A DNA stretch of 64,000 nt from assembly GCA_030324005.1 (NCBI GenBank), contig JARDVH010000042.1, forward strand, positions 108,432,101-108,496,100. The letters are read 5' to 3'. The notes beneath the pieces are model-generated. The model had not been told where the DNA came from and ran no database searches. It was given only the letters and a program-made list of their open reading frames with translations. Positions within the stretch are counted from its first letter, which is position 1. Each line of letters starts with the position of its first letter. Below, piece by piece: positions 40,163-54,370 of the stretch. The translations under genes and the position numbers were made by a program. The DNA comes from Negaprion brevirostris. Taxonomy: Eukaryota.

Positions 40163-41019
40163 TATAAAAGACTCAAGCAGCACATTCAGGGGACAATGAG
40201 GAATGTCATTTTAAGCTATTGGTGATGTTGGTGGGGGCTTTGTGGATTTGTGAACTAGAGTAAATGGAGAGAGTAATTGGTGAAATACTGTATGGGGGCC
40301 TGGCTGTCTGATTGGTCGCAACTGCGGATTAAATATAGATTTTCCAATTTTGATTAAAAATCTTGTCAGCTGTAAAGATGTTAAGATCTGCCTGAAAGAG
40401 TAGCTGAAATAAATTCAGTAGGAACTTTCAAATGATGGGAAATTGGACATTGAAAAGAAAATACCTATAATGTTATGAGAAAAGGGCATGGGACTAAATA
40501 GGTAATCTTGCAAAGAACCAACAGATACATGGTGTGCCAAATGACTCAGCCTGGTACGAAGCTTTGCAGGTAGAGTTGTCCAGGTAGGTATTCCAATTTC
40601 TTCCAGAAATTGGAATACCCACCTGGACAACTTCCTGATGCTGCCCTGCTTCTGTTGTTGTCTCCCAGGGCAGGATGCCACAGGAAGTAGGCAGACAGTT
40701 AATTCAGTGAAGGTTCCCAATCATTATTTGGTGCTAATTAAACTTTGTCAGTGTCAGATGGGCCTGAGCTAAGTCTACTTGGAGGCAGTCTCCTGGTGGC
40801 AGGTCAGAGGGCCATGTGATTCTTCCCTCAAATCCCTAATGAGGGAGTTGCGAGGACGGAAGGGCCAGAACCATGACCACAGTCATTCCACCCCTCCACT
40901 TTGCTACTGCTTGGCAATGGCCTTGTTCNNNNNNNNNNNNNNNNNNNNNNNNNNNNNNNNNNNNNNNNNNNNNNNNNNNNNNNNNNNNNNNNNNNNNNNN
41001 NNNNNNNNNNNNNNNNNNN

Positions 41020-41252
41020 NNNTGGAATTAAAAATCCACTCTTGACCATGAAACCACTGTCAATTATCAGAAAACCCGTCTGGTTCACTAATGTCCTTTT
41101 AGGGAAGGAAACCTGCCGTCCTTACCTGGTCTGGTCTGCATGTGACTCCAGAGCCACAGCAAAGTGATTGATTCTCAGCTGCTTCCGGAAATGACCTAGC
41201 AAGCCCCTCATATTAAGGGCAATAAATGCTGGCCACGAATGAATAAAAAAAA
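41020..41252 (+). mobile_element. SINE (second family), 3' part
   Basis: tggaattaaaa...ctggttcactaatgtcctttagggaagg...gggcaataaatgctggcc. Confidence 0.8.
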
Positions 41253-43429
41253 AACTTCTGGGCCACCTTATTCCAAAATGTTCAGCAGCTTTCCATGAGT
41301 GCCACAATTTTGAGATGCTGTCATGGTTCCTATCCACCTCTATACAATACACCTGCTCCGATGGAACTGCTAGCTATTCAACGCCGTGGGACCTCTTATT
41401 GAGCCTCTGTATCACAGCCATACCTGCAGTTCTTAACTGGCCAGTGAAGGTGAAGGCAGTCTATTAATTGGTTGCCCTCTGTAAGATTGCAACACTGTGC
41501 AGATGGCGGGCAGCACTTCAGTCATGACCCAGAAATGGTTCTGACCCTTGAATAAATTCTATGTATATTCTGCCGAAGATTCTATGAAAATTAAGATCAT
41601 AGGTATATTTTATAAAATTAGCATTTTCAGGAGGCACACGCCTTACGCCTACTATAACCATAGCATTACCAAGTGTGAGGTTGGGGACAACATCTAAATG
41701 AACTATATAAATAACTCAATTTGCTGTCAACTGGTCTCCTTCAGAAAGAGTCACTTTGACACAAGTTATAAATTCATCTTGTACTCGGGTGTCTCTTTAT
41801 GTTCTAAATCTGTAGTATTTGGGAATCTATAATAGTATTTTGTCAAGACAATAGCAAATCAAACCACTGCAGGTTTAAAAAAGGTTAACAGTCTCGTTGG
41901 TAGTGTGTGGACACTTTGTGTATAATTATTCAGAAACCGTGATCAACATACTTTTGGAGTCATCGCCCCTATGCTTCACTTCAGTTTTCCTAACTGGAGA
42001 TATGCTATATCACAGAGATATTATGAATGGGATTGAGATTCGTGACAGCATGTGCTCAGGGAACCCTTTTGGTGCAACGCATGTGATGAGTGGATTTCTG
42101 AGGGTATTGCCCAACTCTCAAAGTCCCACACATAACACCTTTTCCACAGTATTGTCTTTTGTCCTTCTCAGTTCACCTTGTTTGATGAATGTTAGCTCCA
42201 AGCAGTTGAGACATGTGCATTTACCATGGGAATTCCTTCCAAGGCTGCTGGATTGTTTGTTGTGTTCCTTTAATTACCGCTTAACAGTGTTTTAGCCAGT
42301 GAAGCTTCACTTTTGATACAATTGATCGCAAGTATGCAAGGTGCCAGCCGAAACAAAACAAGGTTTTCAAAGGAGCAGAAGACTGCATCGTACATGTTAA
42401 CTTTACACATCCCCAACAGTTAAGGCTCACCGTGTGTAGGATAATTTGAACTACAGGAGGAATTTCTCCCAGAAGAGTTTATGGTCAGACTTAATGACCT
42501 GTGTAATCGCCATTTTAATTCAAAAATGAAATGTCAGCTATCTTTTGTTTTGAAATGAAAACACTTGAAAAAGTAATTGGGATTTTTCTCAAAGACAAGG
42601 CTTGAAGTTCTTATCTGTTGCAGTACTATGTCAATGTTGTGTAACAGTGTGTGAGACAATGTCCCATTGTCCTGTTCTAGAGTAGCCTGAAGCAGCTGAG
42701 ACCATTCCCTCCCTGCACCTGCCTTCACCCTCAATTCATATGAAATTTCTAATGGTAGACATGAGTTGTTGGAGCAGTCAACACTTTTCTAAAATTAGAA
42801 ACTTAAAGGCACACCACTTGTCAATTGAAAATCGCAGACTGGGTTACAATGTTCATGGGGATGTTTATGGAGTGAGTACAACAAAGTTAGATGTGTCCCC
42901 AAGGTGAAAATTTGAACTTGAAAATTTAGCATTCTTTTATTCTTATATTTGGGAAAGTAATCTGAATAATTATGGAAAATGCCAAGAGATGCATGTTTTG
43001 GAGGACTTAAAGGGATAAATCTAAAGAAGCAATCCAGATGAGAAGTTTATTTTGACTGGAAAATGTCAACTTGACTCAGTCAGTAGCATTGTTACCTCTT
43101 AATCAAAAGTAGTGACTTCAGCTCCCACATCAGTGAGCGTACAAGGGGTAACTTTCACCACAAGGGCAGAATCAGAAGGTTACCTCTTCATTCTAGGTAC
43201 CGAGTGTAGTATTGAAATCATAAGATGTTCAGCATGCCTTCTTTCAGATGAGACACATAATTAAGAGTCCTGCTTACCTGTTCAGGTGGAAGCTCAGAGT
43301 TAAAATGGAATGAGAACAGGTTTAGTATTCTGAGTGGATGAGATCAACTGGAGTGAAGAGCCTTTTTCAACTGAATCTAACTTGCGATTTTGAGAACTTG
43401 CTGCCTACGAGGATAGCGGAAGTGGATAG

Positions 43430-44150
43430 GAGTTTGGGAGCAGGAGTAGGCCATTCGGCCTTTTGAGCCTGCTGCGCCATTCAATGAGATCATGGCTGAT
43501 TATCTATCTCTACTCCTTTGTCCCATGCTATTCCCACAACACTTTCTTCTTCTAAACTCCAATGAGTACAGGCTGAACCTACTTAAGTTCCTCATAAGAT
43601 AAATCCTTCATCACAGGAATCAGCCTACTCAACATTCTCTGAATTGCTTCCACGACAAGTATACCTATCCTTAAATAAGGAGACCAAAACTGTATGTAAT
43701 ACTCTAGGTATGGTCTCACCAATGCCCTGTGCAATTTGTGACAAGGCCATGTTCCATTGGCTTATAATTACGTGCTTTATCTGCATGAAGCTTTTTAGTG
43801 ATTCATGTATGAGGACACCCAGATCCCTCTGTAGTCTCTCTCCATTTAACTAATCTGCTATTTTACTCTTCCCACCAAAGTGAACAACTTTACATTTTCC
43901 CACATTACCAGTTTTTTTTGCACAGAAGGAGGGGAGCTAATATGAGAACAAAATCAGTTAGAATTAAATCAGGAAGCATTTGTTATTGTCAGGAGCAGTG
44001 GAAATTTGGAGCTTTCCCTTCAAAAGGCTATGATCATTAGAAATGCTCAAGACTGAGTTATTGTTAAATGGAGGTATCAAGGTGTATGGAGCTGAGGAAT
44101 GAATCAGCCATGATATCATTGAATGGAGGAACAGACCAAAGGGTCTGATG
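43430..44150. mobile_element. Two decayed CR1 fragments (about 43430-43910 minus, about 43930-44150 plus)
   Basis: CR1 3' UTR ggagcaggagtaggccattc plus RT C-terminal remnants, then a plus-strand tail gaatcagccatgat...gaatgg. Confidence 0.7.
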
Positions 44151-45204
44151 TCACACTCCCAAGGACATCAAGCCCTTGGCACCAAGCACTGTCAATACTA
44201 TCAGAAAATATTAACACTAATTGTAACTCCAGTGGAAAAGGTATGAAAAAAACGACAGCAACTAAAAAGTAAGGTTTTTTCCAAAGGAAGATGTGTCAGT
44301 AGGCTATAAAATCAATGAGTTGTTTGGTGCATTATTTTTGTGTTTTACTGGATTGTGAAGCTGCTGGAAGATATTTGAGTTTTATAATACATTTTCTGCA
44401 AGCACGTGTTTTCCACATAAAGTAAATAGGACTCAAATTGGATTCAGAAGTAAAGTTTATGTTCTGTAAAACATACATATATTCTGTCTCACAAGAAATC
44501 CCGTGTTTCAGTTTTAAAAATCCAAATCTAATATCACAATCTGATATTTAGATCCATCGACATCAAAGTTTTGCTTCCAGCATGCAGTGTTCACGGGGAA
44601 AGCTTTACAGAGGGTATGGGATTTTCTTTTCCTTGTCTCAGCTTTCCCAAGGGGTAATCAAATGAGTCTGAACATGCCGACCACCATCTCCAAACAAACC
44701 TGTCAAAAATTCTTTGCAATTACTTTTGTGGGTCACATTGCTTCCTCATTCACTTTACTCTACATCCTTGCAATTAGGATTTAGAAGAAAATACTTCCCA
44801 TGATTTCCTGTCAGCAGCATGTTTTTCTGAAATATTTATAATTATGAATCTTTAACTCTGGTGTTGTGTACACATGGGTTTGAATGATTACAACCTACGA
44901 ATACTCCATTCTCTGATTGTTTTATAAATTCCAGACCCTAATAAAACTTCCTAAGCTGTCAGTTATTTTGTAATGTAGACAATGAGTAATGTGAAAACCC
45001 ACCAAAGATATTCTCGTGTTGAATACTCTTGCCAGCCAAGTTGATTGCTGTTTTGAGCTTGTTACTAACTTGCCTCCACTTATATTGTAATGATCATTAC
45101 ACATTGTGAAAATAATTACTTTCATCGTGCAAACTCGTGGGGTCTGAATAATTAATTCAGTACCATTTTAATACATTGACACAAGTGGGGTATCAAGGCT
45201 TTTC

Positions 45205-45665
45205 TTTTATTCAGTTGTGGGACATGGGCATCACTGGCTGGCCAGCATTTATTACCCATCCCTAGTTGNNNNNNNNNNNNNNNNNNNNNNNNNNNNNNNN
45301 NNNNNNNNNNNNNNNNNNNNNNNNNNNNNNNNNNNNNNNNNNNNNNNNNNNNNNNNNNNNNNNNNNNNGCCAGCATTTAGTACCCATCCCTAGTTGAGAG
45401 TCAATCACATGGCAGTGGCTCTGGAGTCACATGTAGGCCAGAATGGGTAAGGATGGCAGATTTCCTTCCCTAAGGACGTTAGTAAACCAGATGAGTTTTT
45501 CCAACAATCAGCAATGGTTTCATGGTCATCAGTAGATTTTTAATTCCAGGTATTTATTATTGAATTCAAATTCCACCATTTGCCATGGTGGGATTCGAAC
45601 CCAGGTCCCCAGCTGACCTTCTGGATTAATCATTAACGATAATACCACTAGATCATCACCTCCTC
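45205..45665 (-). mobile_element. SINE (second family)
   Basis: Reverse complement of the 4695 family, with an intact B-box gggattcgaaccc. Confidence 0.85.
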
Positions 45666-47959
45666 TGTTCACCTGTAGAATGTGGAAACTGTTGAGTTGA
45701 AGATCTTTCCCAAACAGCTTTAAGAGTCCTACACAAAATAGATTTCAGTCTAGTTCCTGGTAAACAACCTCCATAGCAGAAATAGTCATTCATTAACATG
45801 AAATTGGGAATCACCCACAGAGGTAAGATTGATAGTAGCTGGTGTAGGAATTGGAAACATTTGTACTGTGCAGGAAGATGCTATTGTGAGAAAACAAGGG
45901 AATCTGTTTCTAACATTGAGAAGCAGGGAAATATATTAAAAAAACTTCTAATTTTTGTATTGGAAAATACATGCCAATGAGTTTGTTTAAAGAAGATAAT
46001 TTGGTCACATGGCTCTGTGAAATTTTCAGTTTGACACCATCTAAAAATACCTCTAAATTTAAATGTCTAAATTTTCTCAAAACTCACTTCTACTTTCTGC
46101 TATCATTTGCATATTCTGGTTGTCTTTACAGTAGCAAATATGTTTAATCCTGCCAACAAACTGAATTACATTGTAATTGATTTTGTTTTAAAGTGGAACT
46201 TTATTTTTCATATCATATAATTTAATATGTTCAACCTTTAATCTTTTGAAAATGCCACATTATAACCTGCTGGCAGGTCTCCGGTATAATTTATACTGGA
46301 GTTGATTTTTTTTTTCTCCCCGACTCCAGTAAATGAATCACCACAATATCAATTTCTCATTTTCATTCTTTGATGGTGCAATTGATTGAAATTCGAGACA
46401 CTAATAGAGTTGGTGTAGACTGTAGCTTTTTCCATGTGAACCTCGATCCTTTCCGAAACACAGAAATTGAAATGCTTGGTCCATTTGTGGTATTTCCCAC
46501 TAATAAGAGACGTGTAATTAGGTTTACGTTTGAGACGGAAGCTTACAGAAGAGGTGAATGTCAGTCAGAATGAGAACATAATAATAGATAATGTTTCCTT
46601 CGTTGTGAGTGACGTTTACTTTTACTGCCTCACTACGAGCCAACCTTCTCTCTGACAGAAACTAATCTTTGGCTTCCACGCATCCTTAGTATTTTTACCA
46701 AAAGAGCTTGAAAGCAGATAGAAGAAGAGATAATGGCATAAAATTGCCCAAGAGTCACCTCTAGGTTGAAGAGAAAATACCTCAAACCAAATCTGTCATT
46801 TCAAAGATGTTTGTTCCATGACAGTACAATGGAATGATGGAAGAGAATAAAATAAGCCACATCTTCAGTGACTCCAGCACCTGCAGCAACTAAATCATAC
46901 CCTAAGAAGCAAATTCAGTTGAAAGGCAGAAGGTTAATTTTATCAACGTAAGATTTCAATGTTTAAGTTATTGAAATGTATTTTTTCGGAGTTCAAGGAG
47001 GGGTGAGGGTGTTCTTCAACTTTAGGACCTGTGTTTGGGTTAAAATTTAACGTGATGGAAACCTGCTTTCTCTGTCCACAATAAGGACTGAACATAAAGG
47101 ATTGCACTTCTCCTAATGACCACGGCCTATCTTTGTGTGTGGCGGGGTGAGGACGGATGAGGTCCAGAGGGCTACCCTTTGTTTTATTGGTTTTTAGTGT
47201 ATCTTTGACATAGCGCCTGAGCAGAGGCAGACCCTTGGGCAAGCCCGCTTCTGCAACCAGCAGCCTCCACACTCATTCCGGAGACCAGCAGGTCCAAATT
47301 CCAGAGAGTTCCTCCCCCCTTCCCCCCAGCTTTCTAGACTGAATGTTCACCCTTCAGAGACACTTCATTCTGAGTCAGTTTGGCAGAGCCTGCAGGGGTG
47401 AAAATTCAGGCACATCTGCTCCTGGGATAAAAATGCCCATAATTCAAAACAAATTTGACACTAAAATGCTACATTCCCTCTGAAATGCCAAAAGGAGGAC
47501 TTGTGTGGGAAATGTCCTTGACAAGTTGTAAGATTTTATGGCACAGAAGAATGGCATTCAACCCATCACAATCCTGAAGGCCCTGTGAAAGAACCATGCA
47601 TTCATTCCCTTGCTCTACTCATTTAAACATTTTCAAATATCTAGCTGTTTCCATTTCAAAAGCTGCTATGAATGCTGCTTCCACACCTGTTACTGGGGGA
47701 TATTTCAGGTCAAAAAACCCCTTTTACTCCAAACCTTCCCTCTTTTTGTGCAGATCAGAAATTTTTATTTTAGTTACCAACTCCATGAACCAGTTAAAAT
47801 AGATTTCTTTCTTTAAAAAATGATCTTATCAAGTGTTCTCAATTTTGAAGTGAATTATCATGTCACCTTAGCTTTCTCTTCTAGTATAAAAAACCCCAGT
47901 TCTCTCCTCATTTGTTGTACTGAATCCTGTCACCCCTAATGTAATCTTTCAAGAGTGTC

Positions 47960-48347
47960 TCATGCACCTGAGAACCAGGTTCAATTCCAACCTTAGGTGT
48001 CTGTCCGTGTGGAGTTTGCATGCTCTCCTAATGACTGCATGGGATTCTTAAGTGGATTGGCAATGTTAAATAGCCCCTTACTGTTCCAAGATGTGTCGGG
48101 TAGAGAGATTGATGTGGAGTTCCCAGCATTGGGCTGGGATAAGAGCAGTAAATAGTCTCACAACACCAGATTAAAGTCCAACAGCTTTATTTGGTAGCAC
48201 GAGCTTTCAGAGCATTGCCCCTTCCTCAGGTGAGTAGGGAGATTAGCAGGGTAAATGCATAGGGTTACGAGAATAGGGTCTGGGTGGGATTGTAGTTGGT
48301 GCAGACTCGATGGGCCGAATGGCCTTCTGCACTGTAGGAACTCTATG
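47960..48347 (+). mobile_element. HE1-like SINE sequence interrupted by a Penelope-type fragment (about 48155-48235, minus)
   Basis: SINE body and tail flank ctcacaacaccagattaaagtccaacag...gagctttcagagcattgccccttcctcaggtgag. Confidence 0.7.
48198..48232 (-). ncRNA. Minimal type I hammerhead ribozyme motif (Penelope-associated)
   Basis: The minus strand reads CAC-CUGAGGA-A-GGGGC-AAU-GCUCU-GAAA-GC-UC-GUG: catalytic core, stem II, short stem I and palindromic AGCU stem III. Activity is not demonstrated. Confidence 0.6.
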
Positions 48348-50504
48348 AATGCCAAATGGGAAAGACAGTATCTGAGAAAGTCTGGTTCTCCCTCTGACAA
48401 AAAAAATTGGATGCTTTATATCTGATTCTTTAAATTGTAACTCTGAGGTCAATAGATTTTTGATTATCAAGGGTATTAAGAATACCTTTTACACCATTGG
48501 CAGCTCACAAATCTTTTCAGACAATAGCTGCTGTGAATGAATTTTTCAATGTAGTTAGTCTCCAAGTATCGAATCCAGATTTGTGACCATGGAATTATTA
48601 GTTGCATAGCATCGGGCTCTCGTTCGGTGACAGAACTGACATGAAGGGTTGAAGGGCCTACTCCTGTTCCTCGGATACTTATTAAATGTAGAAGTGTTCA
48701 TAGATTTTTCTAGAGANNNNNNNNNNNNNNNNNNNNNNNNNNNNNNNNNNNNNNNNNNNNNNNNNNNNNNNNNNNNNNNNNNNNNNNNNNNNNNNNNNNN
48801 NNNNNNNNNNNNNNNNNNNNNNNNNNNNNNNNNNNNNNNNNNNNNNNNNNNNNNNNNNNNNNNNNNNNNNNNNNNNNNNNNNNNNNNNNNNNNNNNNNNN
48901 NNNNNNNNNNNNNNNNNNNNNNNNNNNNNNNNNNNNNNNNNNNNNNNNNNNNNNNNNNNNNNNNNNNNNNNNNNNNNNNNNNNNNNNNNNNNNNNNNNNN
49001 NNNNNNNNNNNNNNNNNNNNNNNNNNNNNNNNNNNNNNNNNNNNNNNNNNNNNNNNNNNNNNNNNNNNNNNNNNNNNNNNNNNAAAAAGTCTGCTGGACG
49101 AGTGAGCCGTAACTAAATTAAAGATGGTCAATGTTTCTCAATCAGTCTGTTTCACAAATCTGTTTGGTAACTTGGAGCCTTCTTAATATTCAGTTTTGTT
49201 AAAAAAAAATTGAATTCAGTGCCTTTAAATATAACCTTAAAATACAGCTTTTAAAAAATGTAATCCTAGTGCCAGCACAGGCATCACATGCCCATTCTCC
49301 TTTCGAAAAGAGCTAGTGCTCTTACAACCCTATAAAAGTTTCAATCAGACAGAGCATTTCATGATATCATCAATAGAAGCTTTACTTCACATCTCTTAAT
49401 CTTTTCAATAGACGTACAGACATTGAAAGAAACAGTTTTTAAAACTGACTTATTATAACCTCACAAAGATCTTGATCAATCAAAACAAACATTCAACTTC
49501 AGCATAGTTCCCATGAACTAGGAATTCTCATGAACAGCTAGTCTGTGAGTCTGAGAACTCAGCCAAGCATTCACAGTGAGGCCATGTGGATAAACAGATA
49601 CATGGGCCAACTGTTTCTGTTGATACGGTTGCACAAATGGATTAGTTCGAGGAGGGTCTGGCTTTACAGTGCAGAGTTAACTTTGATTGATATCTTATAG
49701 GTGATAATAAGATATTATTTCTTTGAACTGTTTTTTCATTGTCTGTATATATTTATTTGGAAAAATTAAGAGATGTGACATGAGAGTGAAACTATTAAGG
49801 CTGTTTCTGCTTAGCACATTCATAAGGTTGTAAGAGTAGCAGTTATTTTTCCAATGCAGGTTTTTAAGTGCATTTTAAGAATTATTATTACTATATGGCT
49901 TATTGCTTCTATAGGGCATGGCAAGTGTATAGACAGAAAAACGCATGAAGCCAATGAAGAGGCAGGGATTTAAGAGCTTTTAAACATGCCTTTCAATAGG
50001 TTCCCAAATTCAAACATTGTTCGTGATTCCTCTGAGAGGCTGTGAACCTGATGTCCTCAAGAAATGAAACTATACACAAATTACATGGAAGGGGGCAGGT
50101 GGGACATGTGTATGGCATTCCAAGCCACACAATGCAACCAGTCAGATCAGGAGTCCAAAGACAGCCCGGCCATTCCAGGTATTATTCTAGTAAACCTTCC
50201 CTGGACTGCTTCTAATGTGTTTACATCTTTCCACAGATAGAGAGACCAATACTTGAACAAATACTGAAAATGATAAAACATAATTAAGCAACATAACATG
50301 AAATGATGATTCTTTGATCAGAAAAGAGTAAACTTATGTTTTCCTTTTCTGATCTGTGAGATGGACATTGATATTTATGGATTTTTCTAGTTAACCATCA
50401 TCACAATCAAGTTTTCCTAACAGTGCAAAACAGGATTAAACTTCTCAATTTCCTGGTCTGAATGATTCAATGTTAGATGAGTAGCAACAGTGTGTACTAC
50501 CTAT

Positions 50505-50840
50505 AGGATGTACTGTAGAAATTCACCAAAGTCCCTTCAGTAGCATCTTCCAGATCCATGATCATGGCCATCTGGAAGGACAAGGGCAACAGATACACGG
50601 GAACACCACCACCTGCAAGCTCTCCTTCAAGTCACTCGCTATCCTGATCGGAAATATATCGCTGTTCCTTTGCAGTCATTGGGTCAAAATCCTGGAATTC
50701 CTTGCCAAACAGCATTGTGGGTCAACCCACAGCGTGTGGATTGCTGTGTTTCAAGAAGGCGGCTCACCATCACCACCACCTTCGGGGTAACTAGGAATGA
50801 ACAATAAATGCTGGTCAGCCAGCGACGCCCACGTCCCTAC
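50505..50840 (+). mobile_element. LINE 3' end sharing its tail with the second SINE family
   Basis: Ends aactaggaatgaacaataaatgctggtcagccagcgacgcccacgtccc, the same tail as the SINE at 5310-5360, but preceded by LINE-like coding remnants (SKSWNSLPNSIV...FKKAAH). Confidence 0.7.
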
Positions 50841-52899
50841 AATTGAGAACGGACATCAGATGGAAGAAGGTCAAATGAGCCACAATCGAACTTGAAGGGC
50901 AGAATGGACTTGGGCACTGTATGGCCCACTCCTGCTTCAGTGTTCTCAATTCACTCATACATTAAAGCAGCCAGCATTGAAGACCAAGATATGGTAGCAA
51001 GATACAGATATGAATCCACTCTGTCAAAATTCCTGCAACTTCTGCGGAACACATTTTCTGTTGTGTTCAGGTCATGCAAATATGTGAAAGTGGTGAAATT
51101 TCCACTTGCTCAACCTTCTGATTTATTTGATGATTTTGAAAAGACATCCATTAAGATGTCAGTACTTCATTATTAAAATAATTGAGAGCCTCTTGACTTT
51201 TTCATTATCCTTTCATTAATGCAAATTTATGTTGAAGATATTTTTTGAAAGATGCTCCTTTGCCAGGCGAGGCATTTGGAGAGCCTCATTTCTGTTTTCC
51301 TCTTTACGCTGTGGTATTTTCAATAATTGGATCCCGTTGTCAAAGGATGAACCCTTTTAGTGCCGGTGCATACTACACTAAAACTGCTGTTTGGGGTACA
51401 TGTTTCATGGAAAATTGGTCAGAGGGAGCTGCTATCCTTGTTGATTTGTATATGGCATGCTGCTATAGGTATCTTCAATGTTCCAAGTATCACGCTAGAC
51501 TGGCATGGTGAGTGCTTCACCCTGTAATTATGCAGTTTGACCACTCGTTTTCATAAATTGTCCCAGATGCTTCCTGATTTTGTTTTTAGTGGTAGTTGAA
51601 ATTTCTGATGCCTATAGAAAAGGTTTAACCAGAACTTAAAATACTTGCTTTAAAACACTATGATTAAATTTATTGAGTGATTTGTCTTTTGTGACTTTAT
51701 TAATATTTTTACTTAAAGGTCGTAGTGTCTATAAAAACAAGAGTGGTCAGAAATGGATGGGTTTTGGCAGGAAAATACATATGGGGAAGATTTATCATCA
51801 AGAGTGGGTTGAAGAGAGGGAAATATGCATAAGAGACCAGAGTCACAAATGAACAAGTGCTGGTAGGAATGGAAGGGCGATGGGGGAATTGTAAAGCTGG
51901 AAAAGCTGACAGAAATGGAATCACTTGAAGTGAGATTTTGGAGGCTGGCTGGAAAAGTGTTGAAAAATTTGAGGCAGCAGGTGATGAAGGCATGAGGAAA
52001 GTTTCAGTGGCGTGCAGGTGGAGATGGAGATGGTTGTAAACTTTAACTTTTTGCATCACATCTCTTTAGTAAGTGCTCTTGCTTGACTTAAAAGCTAATT
52101 TTGTAATACCCTTGTCCTTTTGTTTCACCTTCGCATAGTCTTTAGCTGCCTTTTCAACATCCTGATTCCAAAAGCCACACTGCTTGTTATGTTGTTGGTG
52201 TTTCTTTCTATCTCTAGCTGTTGAGAAAGCCAGAAAGAGACCAAAGACCAACGACCACAATGGGTATGAGGTGTTTATCCATTGACAATAATGAGTGGCT
52301 TTTTGATTTGCAGTCTAGAAGTGTACAACATTATCACGATGCTGGTGAGCTGCCTTTAATCGAAACTTAGACTCCCCTTTACTGACCGGAATATACTGGA
52401 TTTTACAACACAACATTTCATATAACTTTACATTAAATCTGTCCTGTAAAAAAAAGTGGTCAAAGGTCACAGAGCAAATACAAAGATGTTTAAAAATGAA
52501 GACGTCTATAAATTTTTAGTGACATTGGTTGTTACAAGTATTGAAGGGAGTTTATAAAATCTGCCAGTAAGTGGTTTTAAAAAGCCAATTATAGTGAAGC
52601 TCAGCATGTTGGTCAGAAAATAATGTTTGAAAGACAAAAGCACTGGAAGATGTAACATTCCAATGAGCACGCCTTTCTCATTAAGTATTAAGCGCATCTG
52701 TTTTTATTATGCTGTTGAAATCATATTGACTTCCAGCTCCTTCCATCTTTATATAAACAAACCAAGATCGAAGGAAAACATGGCAAACTTGTACTATTTT
52801 TGAGTGTGCATGTTCACATTTTGAAAGTTTGATTGTGTAGGGTGTAAACTGAATCAGGAGTATTTGGTTGGTTTAGTTATCATAGACCACAATAAGCTT

Positions 52900-53950
52900 G
52901 GGGAGATTTTCAACTTGACTACATATCATAAATTGGATATGAAGATCATGATCAGGTACCTAGGGAGGAAGGCTAAAAATGTACTAGAATTTGTGGAGTC
53001 CTTGAGAAAGACTATTAAAAGATGTGCACAAAGAATGCCAGGCAAAAGTAAGGAGAAGTGCAGAGCGAGAGTGAGTTTCAAAGTCAAAGTTGGACTATAC
53101 CAGATTGGCATTGAGCCCCTCCCTTTTCCTGATTGTCATGGATTTTCTAACTCTGGAAGTGGGAAGTGATATGTCATGGTGTGCAGATGACATTGACCAT
53201 GTGATAAGGATAATGAAAACATGACCCAATATCTGGAGAACTGCACTGGAAAATAGTGGCATGAAGATCAGTAGACCAAAGACCCAATTTATGGGCTATC
53301 AGTCTGAGCCTAGTAAAAAAGATAAGTGTGAAGCCTTGGAGAAGGTGAGTAGTTTCAAGATGCTGGCCAGTGGTGGCAGAAGTTGGTTGAACAGAAAAGG
53401 TAATTTAATCAATAAATTAGCTCTGGTTGGATTAATTGGGAGAGAGGCAGTGGAGTGTTATGTGATAGAAAGGCATTTCTGGAACCAAAAAGAAGAATCT
53501 ACAAGACAGTTATGAGACTTGCCTTGTTATGTAGAACAGAAATCTGGGCAACATCAAGCGGAACAATGGTTGGACATTAATGAGATCTGGTTGCCAAAAT
53601 GGATGTGTTGAGTAATGTGCAAGAACAAGAGCAGCAACCAGCTCATAAGAGAAAATAGCAGGAGCATTGGAGAGCATAACCTAGAAGAGTTTGAAATGGT
53701 ACCATCATCTGTTGTGAAGAGAGAGAGAGAACATGGTGTGGTGAGTACCCAAGCTTATTGTGAAGATAGAACTAACAGAAAGAGAGGGAGGAGGAAGACC
53801 AAAGACGAGGTGGAAAAGTGCGGTGGAGAGAGACTTAAACACAATGGGATTGGAAGAGGAATGGGTGACTGACGGAAGGAGATGGAGAAGGGTGGTCAAC
53901 CAGCATTGTGGCAATGCCAAGTAAAATGGGAGAGGCTGAACGGTAAAGAA
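52900..53950 (+). mobile_element. Decayed RTE-clade LINE
   Basis: Ordered remnants SFKVKVGLYQ, ADDI, LENSGMKISRPKTQFM, SGVLCD, YKTVMRLALL...EIWA and GKRGR.RPK.RW. Confidence 0.8.
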
Positions 53951-54370
53951 GATAAAGATTGGATCTTTTTATAATGAGTAGGCAATCCCCAGTGTCAATT
54001 TTATGCCTGAATGGCAAGTTGAAATCTACCCTGCTTTGTTCTTTTATTTGGGGATAGGTAAGGCACATAAACTGTACAGCCTGGCCTTAACACACAAATC
54101 TGCAACACATGACAGTGTGACAAACACATCAGCACCTATGTAACAAGCATTCTGCTGGAGTCTGTTCACTGTGATTTTTCTCTCAACATCATTCATTGGA
54201 GTCATTGACAAAAAGCAGAAACTCCCACTGCCTAAAACATGTGTTTTCGGTATTAGAAATGTGTCAGACACATGTTTGGATCTGTGCTTGGTGAAGCAAA
54301 TATGAATAATGCTGCTATTTGATACTTTTTAAACCCACAAATAGCTTGTTTACACTTGTTATTGGGCCTT

